Part shown: positions 63,436-64,000 of the stretch, piece after piece
Layout of the letters: the number at the start of each line of letters is the position of its first letter
How positions within the stretch are numbered: the stretch's first letter is position 1
Source of the DNA: Octopus sinensis
Taxonomy: Eukaryota
NCBI RefSeq assembly: GCF_006345805.1
Contig: NC_043010.1
Location: 45,322,001 to 45,386,000, forward strand
Direction of reading: 5' to 3'
DNA length: 64,000 nucleotides
Position numbers and translations under genes: made by a program
The notes under the pieces: model-generated
Database searches by the model: none
What the model saw: only the letters and a program-made list of their open reading frames with translations
Told to the model about the DNA's origin: nothing

Positions 63436-63794
63436 TTAATCATAACTTGAGCCGTTTCGTTTCCTTTATGCTTTATACCCGTCACTTTGGAGGCAGTCAT
63501 TAGGCTGCTAATAACACAAAGACCTCCTTTGGCTAACAATCTCTTAAAAAGACTTACAAACTACTCAGTTGAAGTACCTTAAGGCCCTGAAGAGAAACAC
63601 AGCATGTGATGGTACCTGATCATTATGGGACTTTCTAAAAATAGCTTCAGTGAGTTTTAAATGACAAGTCATTTTGAAGATTAGATATCTAATCATTTTT
63701 TGACTCATTTAATAAGTATCTCATATTACGATATTTCTCTCAGGACTGGAGCCCTTCACCAACAAATCTAGGAATATAATATCTCTCTCTCCCC

Positions 63795-63804
63795 GCCTAT
63801 ATAT

Positions 63805-63857
<53 letters not shown>

Positions 63858-63868
63858 TATATATAAAT
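63795..63868. repeat. (TA)n microsatellite
   Basis: Direct reading of the sequence. Confidence 0.95.
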
Positions 63869-64000
63869 ACAAAGTGAGATAGGGGTTATGAGTGTAACCT
63901 ACTATGGGATATCAGTTATCCAATATACTGCTGGTGAAGCACCCAAATGCCAAATACATAAATGCTTATAATTGCAATGCAATTAATTCATTTATTGTAT

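Overview
AT-rich eukaryotic DNA, very likely from an octopus. This is inferred from the SINE and LINE families and the huge (TA)n/(TATG)n/(CA)n arrays; no database search was run. I found no recognisable intact host protein-coding gene, rRNA, true tRNA or CRISPR array. Most long ORFs in the track are translations of microsatellites or decayed transposons. Decayed mobile elements present: an R4/Dong-clade LINE; three RTE-clade LINEs plus several RTE 3' tails; a CR1-clade LINE; two Penelope GIY-YIG fragments; two mariner relics; two non-autonomous Helitrons; four TTAA-flanked MITEs; and about 25 SINE pieces from at least three families. There is a 100-N assembly gap at 40947-41046. A few TE-poor stretches carry candidate small exons on the + strand. 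The most notable observations are: a complete C4HC3 PHD finger inside the RT ORF of all three RTE copies; two related minimal hammerhead ribozymes in Penelope LTR-like DNA; a 3' tail shared by the CR1 LINE and the commonest SINE; a hairpin-repeat array in the RTE 3' UTR; and a ~300-bp inverted copy of nearby flank inserted into a mariner transposase.
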